A DNA stretch of 55,554 nucleotides from an uncultured Clostridia bacterium (GCA_947599825.1 CANQFS010000005.1:1-55554); one strand, 5' to 3'. Numbered from the stretch's first letter, positions 1 to 10,737 are shown. A program made the numbers and translations. Notes: generated by a model not told the origin, from the letters alone.

Positions 1-156
1 ATCAAATCATATTGAAAGCCTATATATTTCAATATTTTTCCTTTTTTATAATTCCTACAAAAAGTTTATACTAACGAAAAAAATTAAAATGCTATTTATT
101 ATACTGATTAACTATAAGTAAAATAATCCATAAAATCATCTTTTTAAATCACAAAA

Positions 157-189
157 AATATACTGAGTAAATTAAAATCTCAGTATATT
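157..189 (-). terminator. Rho-independent terminator after deoB
   Basis: Inverted repeat AATATACTGAG/CTCAGTATATT followed by a T run on the minus strand, just past the deoB stop. Confidence 0.6.
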
Positions 190-193
190 CTTT

Positions 194-1372
194 CTATTTT
201 ATAATTTCTTTTTTAAAACTTGCTCCTGTATCTAAAGGTGGCATACCAAGCATATCTAAAATAGTTTGCCCAATATCTGCATAAGTTGCTCTTGTTCCAA
301 TGTTCACATTTTCTTTTATTTGTTTTCCGTATATCAAAATAGGAATATATTCTCTTGAGTGGTCTGTGCTTGGTGTAGATGGATCGTTTCCATGGTCTGC
401 TGTTAGAATAAGTACATCGGTTTCCTTCATATTTTCCATTATAATAGGAAGCTTGCTGTCCAAATATTCTAGGGCTTTTGCATAGCCTTCTATATTATTG
501 CGATGTCCATATAGCATGTCAAAATCTACTAAATTAGTAAAAATGAAACCTTCCGTATCTTGCTTTATTTGTTCTATTGTTTTCTCTATTCCATCTTCAT
601 TTCCTTGTGTGTGAATTTCCTTTGTAATGCCTCTTCCTGAAAATAAGTCTCCTATTTTTCCAATTGCAATTACTTCTTTATTATTTTCTTTTAAAACGTC
701 TAATATGGTTTTTCCAAAGGTATTTGATTCAAAGTCTTTGCGGTTATAAGTTCTTGTAAAGTTTTCTGCATTTGTTCCTACAAATGGTCTTGCTATAACA
801 GTTCCTATATTATATTCTGGCTTATCTACTATTTTTCTTGCAATTTTGCAAATTTCATATAGCCTTTCTACTGGAATTACATCTTCATGAGCAGCAATTT
901 GAAATACGCTATCTGCTGAAGTATAAACAATAGGATAACCTGTTTTTATATGTTCTTCCCCAAAACGTTTTAAAATTTCTGTTCCAGAGCCAACCTCATT
1001 GCATAAAATTCCTTCTAAATTTGCTTCTTTTTTGAATTCTTCAATTAATTTTTTTGGAAAAGCATTTGGATAAGTTTGAAAACCTGGGTTTGTTACATAG
1101 CCACAGATTTCCCAATGCCCTACAGGACTATTTTTTCCAACAGATTGCTCTATTGCCTTTCCATAGCTTCCTACTGCCTTTTCTATTTTTTCTTCTAGTT
1201 CTATTCCTTCAATATTATATAAGCCTAATTTTTTTAGGTTTGGTAAATTTAATTTGGTATGATTATAAATACCTGCTAAGGTATTGCTTCCTTCATCTCC
1301 ATATTTTGCACTATCAGGAAGCTCCCCTACACCAAATCCGTCTAATACAACGGTAATGACTCTTTTTATCAT
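194..1372 (-). CDS. deoB: Phosphopentomutase
   Basis: VLDGFGVGELPD N-terminus, GHWE, YTSADSVFQIAAHE, NLVDFDMLYGHR and TADHGNDP motifs; start taken at MIKRV. Confidence 0.95.
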   Translation of the reverse strand: MIKRVITVVLDGFGVGELPDSAKYGDEGSNTLAGIYNHTKLNLPNLKKLGLYNIEGIELEEKIEKAVGSYGKAIEQSVGKNSPVGHWEICGYVTNPGFQTYPNAFPKKLIEEFKKEANLEGILCNEVGSGTEILKRFGEEHIKTGYPIVYTSADSVFQIAAHEDVIPVERLYEICKIARKIVDKPEYNIGTVIARPFVGTNAENFTRTYNRKDFESNTFGKTILDVLKENNKEVIAIGKIGDLFSGRGITKEIHTQGNEDGIEKTIEQIKQDTEGFIFTNLVDFDMLYGHRNNIEGYAKALEYLDSKLPIIMENMKETDVLILTADHGNDPSTPSTDHSREYIPILIYGKQIKENVNIGTRATYADIGQTILDMLGMPPLDTGASFKKEIIK

Positions 1373-1449
1373 GCTTACTCCTTTTCTCACTATCATACTT
1401 ATATACTTCTATCATTTTATCTTGATGTCGCACTCATCATATACATTTA

Positions 1450-3735
1450 TTATTTTTCATTGATGTCGTACTCATATACCTCTATTGTTTTTATTTCATG
1501 ATGAATTTCATCTATTTCAAAATTCATTTTAAAGTCTTTTCTTCCTACCAGTTTCATTTCATATTGACTTAAATCTATTAGAACTTCTGTAGAAAGGTCC
1601 ATACCCTCTGGTAATGTTTGATTTTCATTTCCATAGAACATTATATTACTATAGAATATTACTGGCATATTTTCTTTGATATTGATACGATTTAAAATGA
1701 TGGTGTCTTCTTTTTTATTCCATTTTTCAATTGTTTTCTTAGCGTCCATATCAAAAATAACCCATTTGTTTTCTTCTACTGGTTCTTTGCTAATTTGATA
1801 AACTGATATATCATAAGGTGCTATCATTTTGCCATAAGTTTCTTTTAAAATAGTTTGGTAATGATGTATATTATCTTGATATTCTTCTGCTGTTGTGTTT
1901 AGATGTATGTCTAGCACTTTGTATGCATCTTTTTCTATTTCTCTATGCTTTTGGTTATTTAATACTTTTATTTTAGTTTTATCTTCTACTACACTACCAA
2001 AAATATCATAATCTTTTGCTTGCAAAGTTTCAAAATCTTTTTCATATTGCTCTTGTTTCTGTTTTAAGCTTTTTTCTATATAGTTTTCATCTTTTTTTAG
2101 TTTCTTTTCTTTTCTGTCTATATTGAATGCTTCTATGTCTTGATAAATAGCAAAAATAGCATCACATTCTTTATTTAAGAAAAGTTGTCTTTGCCTTCTA
2201 TCTATTTTCTTACCTACTTCTTCAATGTCTTGCTCAAAAGAAAATACTTTTCTAATTTTATGATTTTCTTTTGTTTCTTCTTTATTTTCTCCTTCTGTTA
2301 GCATAGAAACTTCATCTTTATTGGTAAATTTCCAAAAGTCAAAAATGCTTTTTTTATGGCTTTCTATTTCATTTATATATAAAGTTGCATTTTTGATTTT
2401 TCTTTCCAAGTTTTCTTTTTTGTTTTCTAATGCTTTAATGTCCATCTCTTCATTTTTTACTTCTTGCTCTTGCTTTTCTAATATGGTGCATACTTTTAAC
2501 AAATCTTCTACTGTATAGAATTCCTTTTCTTCTAGTTCTATTTTTTCTGTTTTTATTTCTTTTTCTTCTACCTTTTCTACTTCTTGCTTTTCTTCTTGCT
2601 TTTTCTTTTTACGAGATTTAAAGAAGTAACTTACTCTTCCAAAAAAAGTTCTTTTATATTCTAAGAAAGTAGCAATTTGTTTTTCTTTTTCAATATATTC
2701 TATGTTTTGCTTTTTCACGGTCTCATTTAATAAGAATAATTTTTCTTTTTGAACAGTATTTTGATTAATTATTTCTTGTATTTTTTTCTTTTTCTTTTCT
2801 ACTTCATTTTTTATGAAGTCTGCTAATTTTTCATACGTTATTTGATGATGGTTGAAATAAAAGTTTAAGCCTGCTTCTTCATTTATTCCTACTTGGAATG
2901 GATATTCTTCCTCTGTATGAGATTTGATAATAAATAAGGCTTTGATTAGTTTAAATTCCTTTTGTGCTTCTTCTTTTGTATGAAATTGTATTTTGTAACT
3001 ACTTTTTACTTTTTCATACACCGGCACTTTGCCTACAATTTGTAAATTATTTGTACCGTCTTTTTCTTGTATTTCATATGTTACTGGCCAATCTCCTGTA
3101 AAATACCATAAATAATTTTCTAAATCTGCAATTTCTGATTTTTTTAGAATATTGCTTAGATAATCTGTGTTATTGATTGGAACATAAATCGTTTCTGTTT
3201 TTTGAAGGTTTTGCAATTCGATTTGCTTTTTTATAAGATAAAATAAGCTTTCAGTTTGTGCTTCTTTTGTTGGAAACATCATAAAATATTTATTTTCTAC
3301 TTCTGAATAATAAATTTCCCAAATAAAATTATTTTTATACTTTGCTTCAAAAGGTATTTGCTTTTGAAATGCTTGTTGCTCTTTTTCTATTTCTTCTATT
3401 TTGCTAATATCTAATTCTTTTAGCATTTTTAAGAATGTGATATGATTTTCTAATAGTTCTTCATTTTCTGGTTCTAAGTATTGCATTAAAGGCTTCGCTG
3501 ACTGATATTTTTCTTCTGCAGTTTCTAGCCTAGTTGTATCTGTTAAATATATGCTAATGTCTTTAATATCTACAAAATGATATATTTTATAATTTGTGTT
3601 ATCATACCCTTTTAATGCTCTATATTTTATTTTTTCTTTTTCTTCAAAAATGCTTGGAATATGGTTAAAATCTAGTTTTAGCCATTTTAATTTTTGCTCT
3701 ATTTCTAATTCACTTTCTTTTGTTTTCTCCTTCAC
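1450..3735 (-). CDS. Large hypothetical protein, Lys/Glu-rich with coiled coil
   Basis: 761-aa ORF with an upstream purine-rich RBS-like tract; no family recognised. Confidence 0.75.
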   Translation of the reverse strand: MKEKTKESELEIEQKLKWLKLDFNHIPSIFEEKEKIKYRALKGYDNTNYKIYHFVDIKDISIYLTDTTRLETAEEKYQSAKPLMQYLEPENEELLENHITFLKMLKELDISKIEEIEKEQQAFQKQIPFEAKYKNNFIWEIYYSEVENKYFMMFPTKEAQTESLFYLIKKQIELQNLQKTETIYVPINNTDYLSNILKKSEIADLENYLWYFTGDWPVTYEIQEKDGTNNLQIVGKVPVYEKVKSSYKIQFHTKEEAQKEFKLIKALFIIKSHTEEEYPFQVGINEEAGLNFYFNHHQITYEKLADFIKNEVEKKKKKIQEIINQNTVQKEKLFLLNETVKKQNIEYIEKEKQIATFLEYKRTFFGRVSYFFKSRKKKKQEEKQEVEKVEEKEIKTEKIELEEKEFYTVEDLLKVCTILEKQEQEVKNEEMDIKALENKKENLERKIKNATLYINEIESHKKSIFDFWKFTNKDEVSMLTEGENKEETKENHKIRKVFSFEQDIEEVGKKIDRRQRQLFLNKECDAIFAIYQDIEAFNIDRKEKKLKKDENYIEKSLKQKQEQYEKDFETLQAKDYDIFGSVVEDKTKIKVLNNQKHREIEKDAYKVLDIHLNTTAEEYQDNIHHYQTILKETYGKMIAPYDISVYQISKEPVEENKWVIFDMDAKKTIEKWNKKEDTIILNRINIKENMPVIFYSNIMFYGNENQTLPEGMDLSTEVLIDLSQYEMKLVGRKDFKMNFEIDEIHHEIKTIEVYEYDINEK

Positions 3736-3845
3736 TTTCTTTTGTTTTCTCCTTTTTCAATTTTTTCCAAGTTCTTTCAAAGTATATCATACTGTTTTTA
3801 TTTTCTCAATTGTTTTGTGTAAAAATTTTATTGTTTTTACTATAT

Positions 3846-3881
3846 AAAAGAAGGAAAACTTTTTACCGTTTTCCTTCTTTT
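3846..3881. terminator. Hairpin, probable terminator
   Basis: AAAAGAAGGAAAAC...GTTTTCCTTCTTTT inverted repeat between two minus-strand genes. Confidence 0.6.
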
Positions 3882-3903
3882 GTTTTTCTCTTCTTTTCTT
3901 TTT

Positions 3904-4185
3904 TTATAAAGTAATATCTATTTTTTGAAGCCAAAAATCTTTTGTACTTTGCCATGTTATTTCATGGAATAATACTTTTTTTACATCTTCTGATGTAATT
4001 TCTTGATGCCAAAAATCGTGAACTTCTTGAAATACTTTTTCTTGCTTTGGTGTTAGTTCTACTGTAATTTCTTGGCAAAAGAATTTTTTTACTTTTGACC
4101 AAATGCTTACTTTTGCTGGAAGTTCTTTTCCCATTTCTCCACCTACATTCATTGGTTCTGCGCTATTAACTGTTTTTTCGTCCAT
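3904..4185 (-). CDS. Hypothetical protein with internal FW(H/L)Q(E/K)I-like repeats
   Basis: 93-aa ORF with AGGAGG RBS; FFCQEIT, FWHQEIT, LFHEIT and FWLQKID repeats. Confidence 0.7.
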   Translation of the reverse strand: MDEKTVNSAEPMNVGGEMGKELPAKVSIWSKVKKFFCQEITVELTPKQEKVFQEVHDFWHQEITSEDVKKVLFHEITWQSTKDFWLQKIDITL

Positions 4186-4403
4186 CTATATTTCCTCCTT
4201 TGTACTAATTAACTATCTTGTTGCTTTTTTTATACTACACTCAAAGAAAGAAATCAATAGTTTTAGCTATTTTGTAAACAAAATGTCATATTGTAATATT
4301 TTTGTCATATTTATAGTTTCTTTTGTTTTACTTTTGGCTTCCTTTTGTTTTGGTTTTTGTTTGTATTTTATTTTTTAAAATATTTCACTATTTTTTTCTA
4401 ACC

Positions 4404-4958
4404 TTATAATTCCATTTGTGAACCTAAGAAACTTGCTGCAGATTGTACTACTTTCTTTTCTATGTCAGACATTTTTGTATTAGAATCTTTTGAAATTAGA
4501 ATTACGCTACCTATAGCATCTCCTTCTGAAATAATTGGATATACTACTTGTGCATTTGAAATTCTTTCTTTGTTGTCGTTTTGTGTTATAGGAATAGATT
4601 TGTCGTTGTTTTCTTTACTAATATATACTTCTTTTTCATCTATAATTTTTTCTAAGTCTTTGCTAATGCTTTGCTCTAAAAATTCTTTTTTTGAGCCTCC
4701 AGAAACAGCTATAACCATGTCTTTGTCCGTAATACAAGCAATGTGCCCTGTTGTTTTTGCTAATGTTTCTGCATATTCTGTTGCAAATTCTGAAAGTTCT
4801 CCTATTGGAGAATATTTCTTTAAAATTACTTGCCCTTCTCTATCTGTAAATATTTCTAAAGGATCACCTTCCTTTATTCTTAATGTTTTTCTAATTTCTT
4901 TTGGTATTACAATTCTACCTAAATCATCTATTCTACGTACAACTCCTGTTGCTTTCAT
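4404..4958 (-). CDS. spoVT: Stage V sporulation protein T (AbrB-like N-terminus plus GAF domain)
   Basis: MKATGVVRRIDDLGRIVIPKEIRKTLRIKEGDPLEIF, LKKYSPIGEL; 184 aa. Confidence 0.95.
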   Translation of the reverse strand: MKATGVVRRIDDLGRIVIPKEIRKTLRIKEGDPLEIFTDREGQVILKKYSPIGELSEFATEYAETLAKTTGHIACITDKDMVIAVSGGSKKEFLEQSISKDLEKIIDEKEVYISKENNDKSIPITQNDNKERISNAQVVYPIISEGDAIGSVILISKDSNTKMSDIEKKVVQSAASFLGSQMEL

Positions 4959-4985
4959 AATTTTCCTCCTTTTGTTTTTTTATTT

Positions 4986-5015
4986 TTATTGTTTCAAAAA
5001 AAGGAAAAATTATAC
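4986..5015 (-). promoter_or_regulatory. Putative sigmaF/sigmaG-type promoter of spoVT
   Basis: GTATA-N15-GAAACAATA on the minus strand upstream of spoVT, resembling the forespore sigma consensus. Confidence 0.4.
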
Positions 5016-5310
5016 GAAAAAAACAAATTTTTATCAATTTAAAAAAATCCGCTATAGCGGATTTTTGCATTTTTATGGCATTCTCTTTTATAATCTTAGA
5101 CATTCACCACTTTGCTACTAAAAGAATATTACTCTGCGCATTAAAAAATGTATCTCAAATGGCAATTAACTGCCTTTCAGGATACATTTTCTCTTTTTAT
5201 TTTTGACACAAAAAATATGGTGTGCTTTTTATATTTCACACACCATATTATATTATGTTTTTTTGTGTATCAACTAGCAATTAAAGTGCAACTCAAAGCG
5301 TAACTAGCAA

Positions 5311-7090
5311 TTAAAGCGTAATTAGCACTGGACGGAAGCCGCCTGCTGTTGAGTAAACTACCCCAATCGCCGACAGAAGTGAATATACCCGCATCAGGAC
5401 CATCGCCCCAACAACCACCGCGAAGCAAGAAAGGGCGCGAGATATTACCTACGAGAGTGATGTCATTATTGTATATTCCTACTCCATTTCCTTTAGTAGT
5501 AACATCTGTCATCCAAGCCCATGAACCTTCTATTTTACCATAGAATGAAAATGTATTTTTTACATCATACATTCCTACTCCTTTTATATCTTTCATTAGT
5601 TTTAACCTTTCTTCTGCTAATTCTTTTATTTTCTGATTATTATTTTCCCATGAGGTTGCTGTTTTTTCTTCTTCGTCTACTTCATATTTATCCCAATATT
5701 TTTCATATTCTGCTTTTAATTCATTCTCTTCAAAATATGTAGTTGTTCCGTTTGTTCCTATATTGTCATTTTTATTATCATAATATGCCGCTACGAATTC
5801 GTATGCTCCTCCACACATGTCATATACTCCTGTTATATTTCCTGTTGTACTTTGCTTTAAATTAGTACTATAATTTTCTCCTCCTGTATATGCTTTGTAT
5901 TTTCCAGAATCGATTTTATATAAATTATTTATTGTTGGTGTTATTCCATATTGTGATGCTGATAAGTATGCTACTGCTCCCCATTCACTATTTTTCATTA
6001 AGTGGCTATCTACTGCGCTTGTTATTCCATATATATTGCTACTATCATTCATTTCAAGACAATTTGTAAACGCATTTCCTACTCTTATACATCTCCAACT
6101 TTGTACATTTGGTAATACTTTTATATTTTTTGTTGTAATGTCATCTCCTGTTGTTGTATTTGTATTTCCTTGTCCTTCCATGCTTGCCTCAAATTTTGCT
6201 ACCCATATTCCTGATAAGTTTTTTCCTCCAAAGTTAAAGGCTGGGTGTACTATTTTTGGTGTTGATACTTTTTGTCCTTCTGCTTTTGCTTTTTCTACTT
6301 CACCAGTATCATAGTCTAAAGCATATTTTGTTCCTTGTTCATCTTTATTTGTAGTTCCTACTAAAAAGGTTACATCTGTTATATTTTGTGTTTCTCCTTC
6401 TCCGTCTTTTTTTACTCCATATTCATTTATGCTATAGGCATATCTTGGTATCCATACAAACATACTTCCTAATTCTGTATCTTCTATTTTTTGCCCTATT
6501 TTCGCTGTTTCTCCTTTATATTTTCCGTCTGATAGCATTACATTTGCCCATTCTTTGTGGCTTTCATCATAATTATACCAATTACTATCTTCTTCGCTAC
6601 ATATTTCCCATTTACCTTCATTATCATTATATTTTATTGGTATCATTCCTTCTGCTAGTTTTGGTGTATTTACTTTCTTTATTTCATTATAGCTATTGGT
6701 GGTTTCTCCTTGCCATATCTCACTAAATGGTATTTCATAGTCTTTTCCTGTTGGCTTTAATCCTATAATGTTTCCTTCTTCACTTCTTATAATTTTTCCA
6801 TATTTACTTAGTACTTTTTCTACATCACTTTCGTCTACTGCAAAATTATTTTCTTCATTTTCTATTTGCATGCTAAGTAATTCTGTTCCTATTTGTTCTT
6901 TTAAGCTAGCTATATCCATATCTTTTGCTGCTTTTTGTGCCTTTGTAAATAAGCCGTTTTCTCCTAGTACCAAATTAATACTTATTCCCGCTAAAATTAT
7001 TAACACTATTATTGTAATTACTAGTGCAATTAAAGTTATACCTTTATTCTTTTTATTTCTTTGCTTAATTAATTCTTTTGTTTTTTGCAT
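5311..7090 (-). CDS. Type IV pilin-like N-terminus with C-terminal FGE-sulfatase/CLec-like domain (DGR-target-like); needs +1 shift at CGGC 5341-5338
   Basis: KG|ITLIALVITIIVLIILAGISI prepilin-like leader; GNITGVYDMCGGAYE and LRGG motifs. Skipping C5341 gives the family-typical end GFRPVLITL* (stop 5311); the unshifted ORF ends at 5270. Confidence 0.8.
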
Positions 7091-7311
7091 AACTATTTCC
7101 TCCTTAGTTTTATTTTTTATTTTCTTTTTTATATTACCATTCGTTTAATTTTTATTGCAAGCAATTTTATGTTATTTTGTTTATACTTATTTTGCAAGTG
7201 TTTTTCGGTGCATATTTTGTTTTCTTTTTATTATAAAATACTTGCAGAAGTAAATGCTATTTTTTCTTCAAATACAGTGTTAAAAAGGAACACGGAAAGG
7301 AATAAAAATTT

Positions 7312-7515
7312 ATGAACAAATTAAAAATACCAGAAAATCATAGTGGCGTTAGTAAAACACTTAGGTTACCGGAAAATATAGTAGATGATATTCAAAATCT
7401 TGCTAATTTGAAGAATTTATCTTTTAATCGAATTGTTATTTCTTTACTTGAATTTGGATTAGACAATTTAGACGAACAAGATAAAGCAAAATTAGAACAT
7501 AAAAAAGGAATATGA
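7312..7515 (+). CDS. Small ribbon-helix-helix-like DNA-binding protein
   Basis: SKTLRLPENIVDDIQNLA...SFNRIVISLLEFGL, a CopG/Arc-like pattern; 67 aa. Confidence 0.6.
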   Translation: MNKLKIPENHSGVSKTLRLPENIVDDIQNLANLKNLSFNRIVISLLEFGLDNLDEQDKAKLEHKKGI

Positions 7516-7535
7516 GATAGGCTAATGTCTATCTT

Positions 7536-7796
7536 TTATTGTTGTAATTTTAAACTAATGCAAATATCATTATCCAAATATAGCTTTATTTCGTTTTTTT
7601 CTTTTTCTATTTGATAGACTTGATTCAAGTTAATTTTTATGTAAGATTCGTCCTCTTTCCCAAATATACTTAAAACCTCATATTCTATTTTATAGCTTAG
7701 TTTTTCTATTTTATATTTGCTTTCTATAAAACCTTCTTGTTTTACTATAATATTTTTTTCTTTCCATGTGTTTAATATTTTTTCTATTTCTTGCAT
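7536..7796 (-). CDS. Hypothetical protein
   Basis: 86-aa ORF with GGTG RBS. Confidence 0.6.
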   Translation of the reverse strand: MQEIEKILNTWKEKNIIVKQEGFIESKYKIEKLSYKIEYEVLSIFGKEDESYIKINLNQVYQIEKEKNEIKLYLDNDICISLKLQQ

Positions 7797-7889
7797 TTAT
7801 TTTCACCCTACCTTTATTTTTCCTATTTAAATTGTTTTTATACTGATTTTTTTACGAATAAAATCTTGAAATAAAAAAGAATGGAAAAA

Positions 7890-7920
7890 GGAAAGATTTG
7901 GACGCGTCCCAAATCTTTCC
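7890..7920. repeat. REP-like palindrome, copy 1
   Basis: GGAAAGATTTGGACGCGTCCCAAATCTTTCC; recurs at 44436 and 44980. Confidence 0.85.
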
Positions 7921-7924
7921 TAAT

Positions 7925-9883
7925 TTATTGATTTTCTTCTGTTTTGTATAACTCTAAGATATTAGCAAGTTCCTTTGAAAATTCCTCTAACATAACAATT
8001 TTAATTGTTGGCTCTTTTCCGTCAATATAATCGTCCATAACTTGTTTTAATTTTTTAATATTTTTTATTTCTGGTTCTATTTCTGTTGTATATTTCCTTG
8101 CTCTAGATGCCAACATTTCTTTAATTGTTACAATATCTTCGTTGCTTGCACACGAAATTCTTTGAAACATTTGGAAAACATCATAATATTTAAATATTGG
8201 CACGTCCATACATTCTTTAGCAAATTTATCATAAAATAGTTCCATTTTCATTGGAATGTACTTAAATATTTCTTCTGCTTTTTCCATATACATTTTGTCT
8301 TTTAGTTTTTCGTTTACTTCATTAAAATATTTCACAACTTCGTCCATATCTGAACCGACTTCATCAACAGAAATTCTATCTAATTCATCTTCTACATTAT
8401 CACAATAAGTAGCAGTAAGAGAAGCTATATTGATTCCATTTATAAATACGCTTTTTATAGCTTTAATGTCATAATTTATTAGATTTCTTTTTATGAAGTA
8501 ACTAAAGTATGCAAACATTTTTACTATTTCAATTGGAGTGATTCTTCCATTTTTTACATCGTCTAATATTTCTTCAATAACACCACCAAATTGATCATCT
8601 GTAATTTTCCAATATTCCTCAGTTAGTAAACGTTTGTAGGCTGGTAACTTATCTGTATCAATGGTGTTAATAATTACTTCCATATTTTCTTTAAAAACTC
8701 TCATATCAAAAATACGAGTACGAATGTAAATTTCTATAAATTTGAAGAAACGATATTCTGCTTTGAAGTTGTAATAATAGTTGTTATCAAATTCTTTAAT
8801 GTAGAATTGTCTATTATCCATAAATACTCTTGAAGATACTAGAATTGCTTTATATTCTTCGTTGCTATTGATGTTTACAAATTTATCTTTTGTAACTTTT
8901 CCGGCTTTAATTTCAAATGAAATAGCTATTGTAAATATAAGCATTGTTTGCATTACTCTATGGTTTGTGTTTGGATATGATTTGTTTACCATATCAAAAA
9001 TCTTTTTGAAGTCATTTAAGGCATGCTTCAAAATTCTTAGGTTTCTTGTTCCACTTTTATTGAAGGTTGAAATAATAAGGTTTGTGTTTTCTCTCAAGAA
9101 CCTAATTAGTTCTGGATATTTTTCATAACGCATTAAGATTCCATTGATAATATAATTGAATTCTGGCACATATTCAAAGGTTTCTCCTATTAATTTTTCT
9201 TTGATTCTTTCATAATCATTTGCTTTATCAAAAACATATTCAATGGTATCTTGAATTCTTTCTACCATTGGCTTATCTGTTTTCTTTACTAAGTCTCCTT
9301 CTTTGTCTAAAAGATATGTTGCAATAAAGGTTTTCATTTCCAAATTACTACTTTTTAATTTGGTAGATAATTCTTTTTCATTACAAATAATGATAGTTTT
9401 TATATGGTCATGTTCTACGAAGTTATTGATGTAACCCAGAATATCTATAACATCTACGTTGGCTCTTTCTAAGTCGTCAAAACATAGAACTTTGTCGTCT
9501 GTTGAGAAGAATTCTGAATAGTCTAATTTGTCCCCATTTTGAGTAACACCAAAAAAGTTTGCCATATCTAGACCTGTTTTTGCATACTCTGGAATTGTGG
9601 TTTGGTCTTTACTGTCCATAAATTTTTTAAGGTTTTTATCCATTAGTTGTGTAGTTTCTATAAAGATTTTTTTGCTAATTTCTTCTAGGTTGGATATACC
9701 ATACAAAGACATATAAATTGTACGATACCTTTTTCCATTTAATTGCATTGTTTCTATTTTATTACGTACTTTATGATTCCAAAAGTAAGTTTTTCCGCTT
9801 CCCCATTCACCATTTATCATAATGGCATAGTCGGTATAGTCTGCTCTAATATAATCTAAGATACTTTCTACTAAATCTTCCAT
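7925..9883 (-). CDS. KAP-family P-loop NTPase
   Basis: AIMINGEWGSGKTYF Walker A, VLCFDDLER Walker B, YMSLYGIS, KEKLIG and NLRILK motifs. Confidence 0.85.
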   Translation of the reverse strand: MEDLVESILDYIRADYTDYAIMINGEWGSGKTYFWNHKVRNKIETMQLNGKRYRTIYMSLYGISNLEEISKKIFIETTQLMDKNLKKFMDSKDQTTIPEYAKTGLDMANFFGVTQNGDKLDYSEFFSTDDKVLCFDDLERANVDVIDILGYINNFVEHDHIKTIIICNEKELSTKLKSSNLEMKTFIATYLLDKEGDLVKKTDKPMVERIQDTIEYVFDKANDYERIKEKLIGETFEYVPEFNYIINGILMRYEKYPELIRFLRENTNLIISTFNKSGTRNLRILKHALNDFKKIFDMVNKSYPNTNHRVMQTMLIFTIAISFEIKAGKVTKDKFVNINSNEEYKAILVSSRVFMDNRQFYIKEFDNNYYYNFKAEYRFFKFIEIYIRTRIFDMRVFKENMEVIINTIDTDKLPAYKRLLTEEYWKITDDQFGGVIEEILDDVKNGRITPIEIVKMFAYFSYFIKRNLINYDIKAIKSVFINGINIASLTATYCDNVEDELDRISVDEVGSDMDEVVKYFNEVNEKLKDKMYMEKAEEIFKYIPMKMELFYDKFAKECMDVPIFKYYDVFQMFQRISCASNEDIVTIKEMLASRARKYTTEIEPEIKNIKKLKQVMDDYIDGKEPTIKIVMLEEFSKELANILELYKTEENQ

Positions 9884-9934
9884 GTATTTTTCCTTTCTTC
9901 TTTAGGCTTAACTTACATTTTTAAATTTGCCATT

Positions 9935-10633
9935 TTAATCTTTTGCAATGGTTACTACTGTAATTTGTTTTGCTCCGTTTTCTTTTAATAATTTTGCACA
10001 AGCATTTGCCGTACTTCCTGTAGTGTAAATATCATCAAATAAAATAATTTTTTTATTTCTTATTTTTTCTTGATTTACCAATTTATATACATTTTGCACA
10101 TTTTGTTTTCTTTGCTCTTTACTTAGGGAGCTTTGTGGTACTGTATGCTTTTCTTTTTTCAAAATTTTATTTTCATATTTTAAATTTTGCTCAGTTTTTG
10201 CTATTTCCATAGCAATTAATTCACTTTGGTTATAGCCTCTTTGTTTCTTTCTTTTTGCATGAATCGGAACTGGAATTATTATATCATATTTTTTTAAAAT
10301 TCCACATATTTTTTTATTTTTTGTTATAATTTCTGAAAATATTTTATATAGGTATGATTTATCTTTGAATTTATAGTCTAAAATGAGTTCTCGTATTTTT
10401 CCCTCATATTTGAATATGTATATATGTTTTTCAAAATAGTAGTTAGAATCTTTTTCTTCTATTTGAAAAATAGTTTTTTCATATATTTCTTTTTCACACT
10501 CTTTGCATAAAATATTTGTGTTCCATTTTCCACAAATTAGGCAACATGGTGGGAAGATAATATTTTTTAATATTTCATATAAATCATAACATTTATTGCA
10601 TAAAAAAATAAGGGCTTTTGGTAATGATTTCAT
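9935..10633 (-). CDS. comF: ComF family competence protein (double zinc ribbon plus PRTase)
   Basis: FPPCCLICG..LCKEC, PVPIHAKRKKQRGYNQS, ILFDDIYTTGSTANAC; true start may lie slightly downstream. Confidence 0.9.
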   Translation of the reverse strand: MKSLPKALIFLCNKCYDLYEILKNIIFPPCCLICGKWNTNILCKECEKEIYEKTIFQIEEKDSNYYFEKHIYIFKYEGKIRELILDYKFKDKSYLYKIFSEIITKNKKICGILKKYDIIIPVPIHAKRKKQRGYNQSELIAMEIAKTEQNLKYENKILKKEKHTVPQSSLSKEQRKQNVQNVYKLVNQEKIRNKKIILFDDIYTTGSTANACAKLLKENGAKQITVVTIAKD

Positions 10634-10737
10634 TTTTCATTCCTTTCCAAGCCCCTATTTATTTTTTATTTCTATTTTCATTTTTTTCTTACGTACAAAT
10701 CTGGTTAGAATTGTATTTTTAACCTTTCTCTTTTGTT

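Noticed and set aside
4462-5121. 219-aa + strand ORF and the many other short + strand Phe/Ser/Ile-rich ORFs
   Set aside because: Antisense to well-supported minus-strand genes, with composition typical of shadow ORFs in AT-rich DNA.
5270-5340. Called C-terminus RLPSSANYALIASYALSCTLIAS of the pilin-like ORF
   Set aside because: It runs through a downstream direct repeat; the +1 frame gives the family-typical GFRPVL end.
5043-7515. Complete DGR cassette at the pilin-like locus
   Set aside because: No reverse transcriptase, Avd-like gene or second copy of the variable region was seen in the window.
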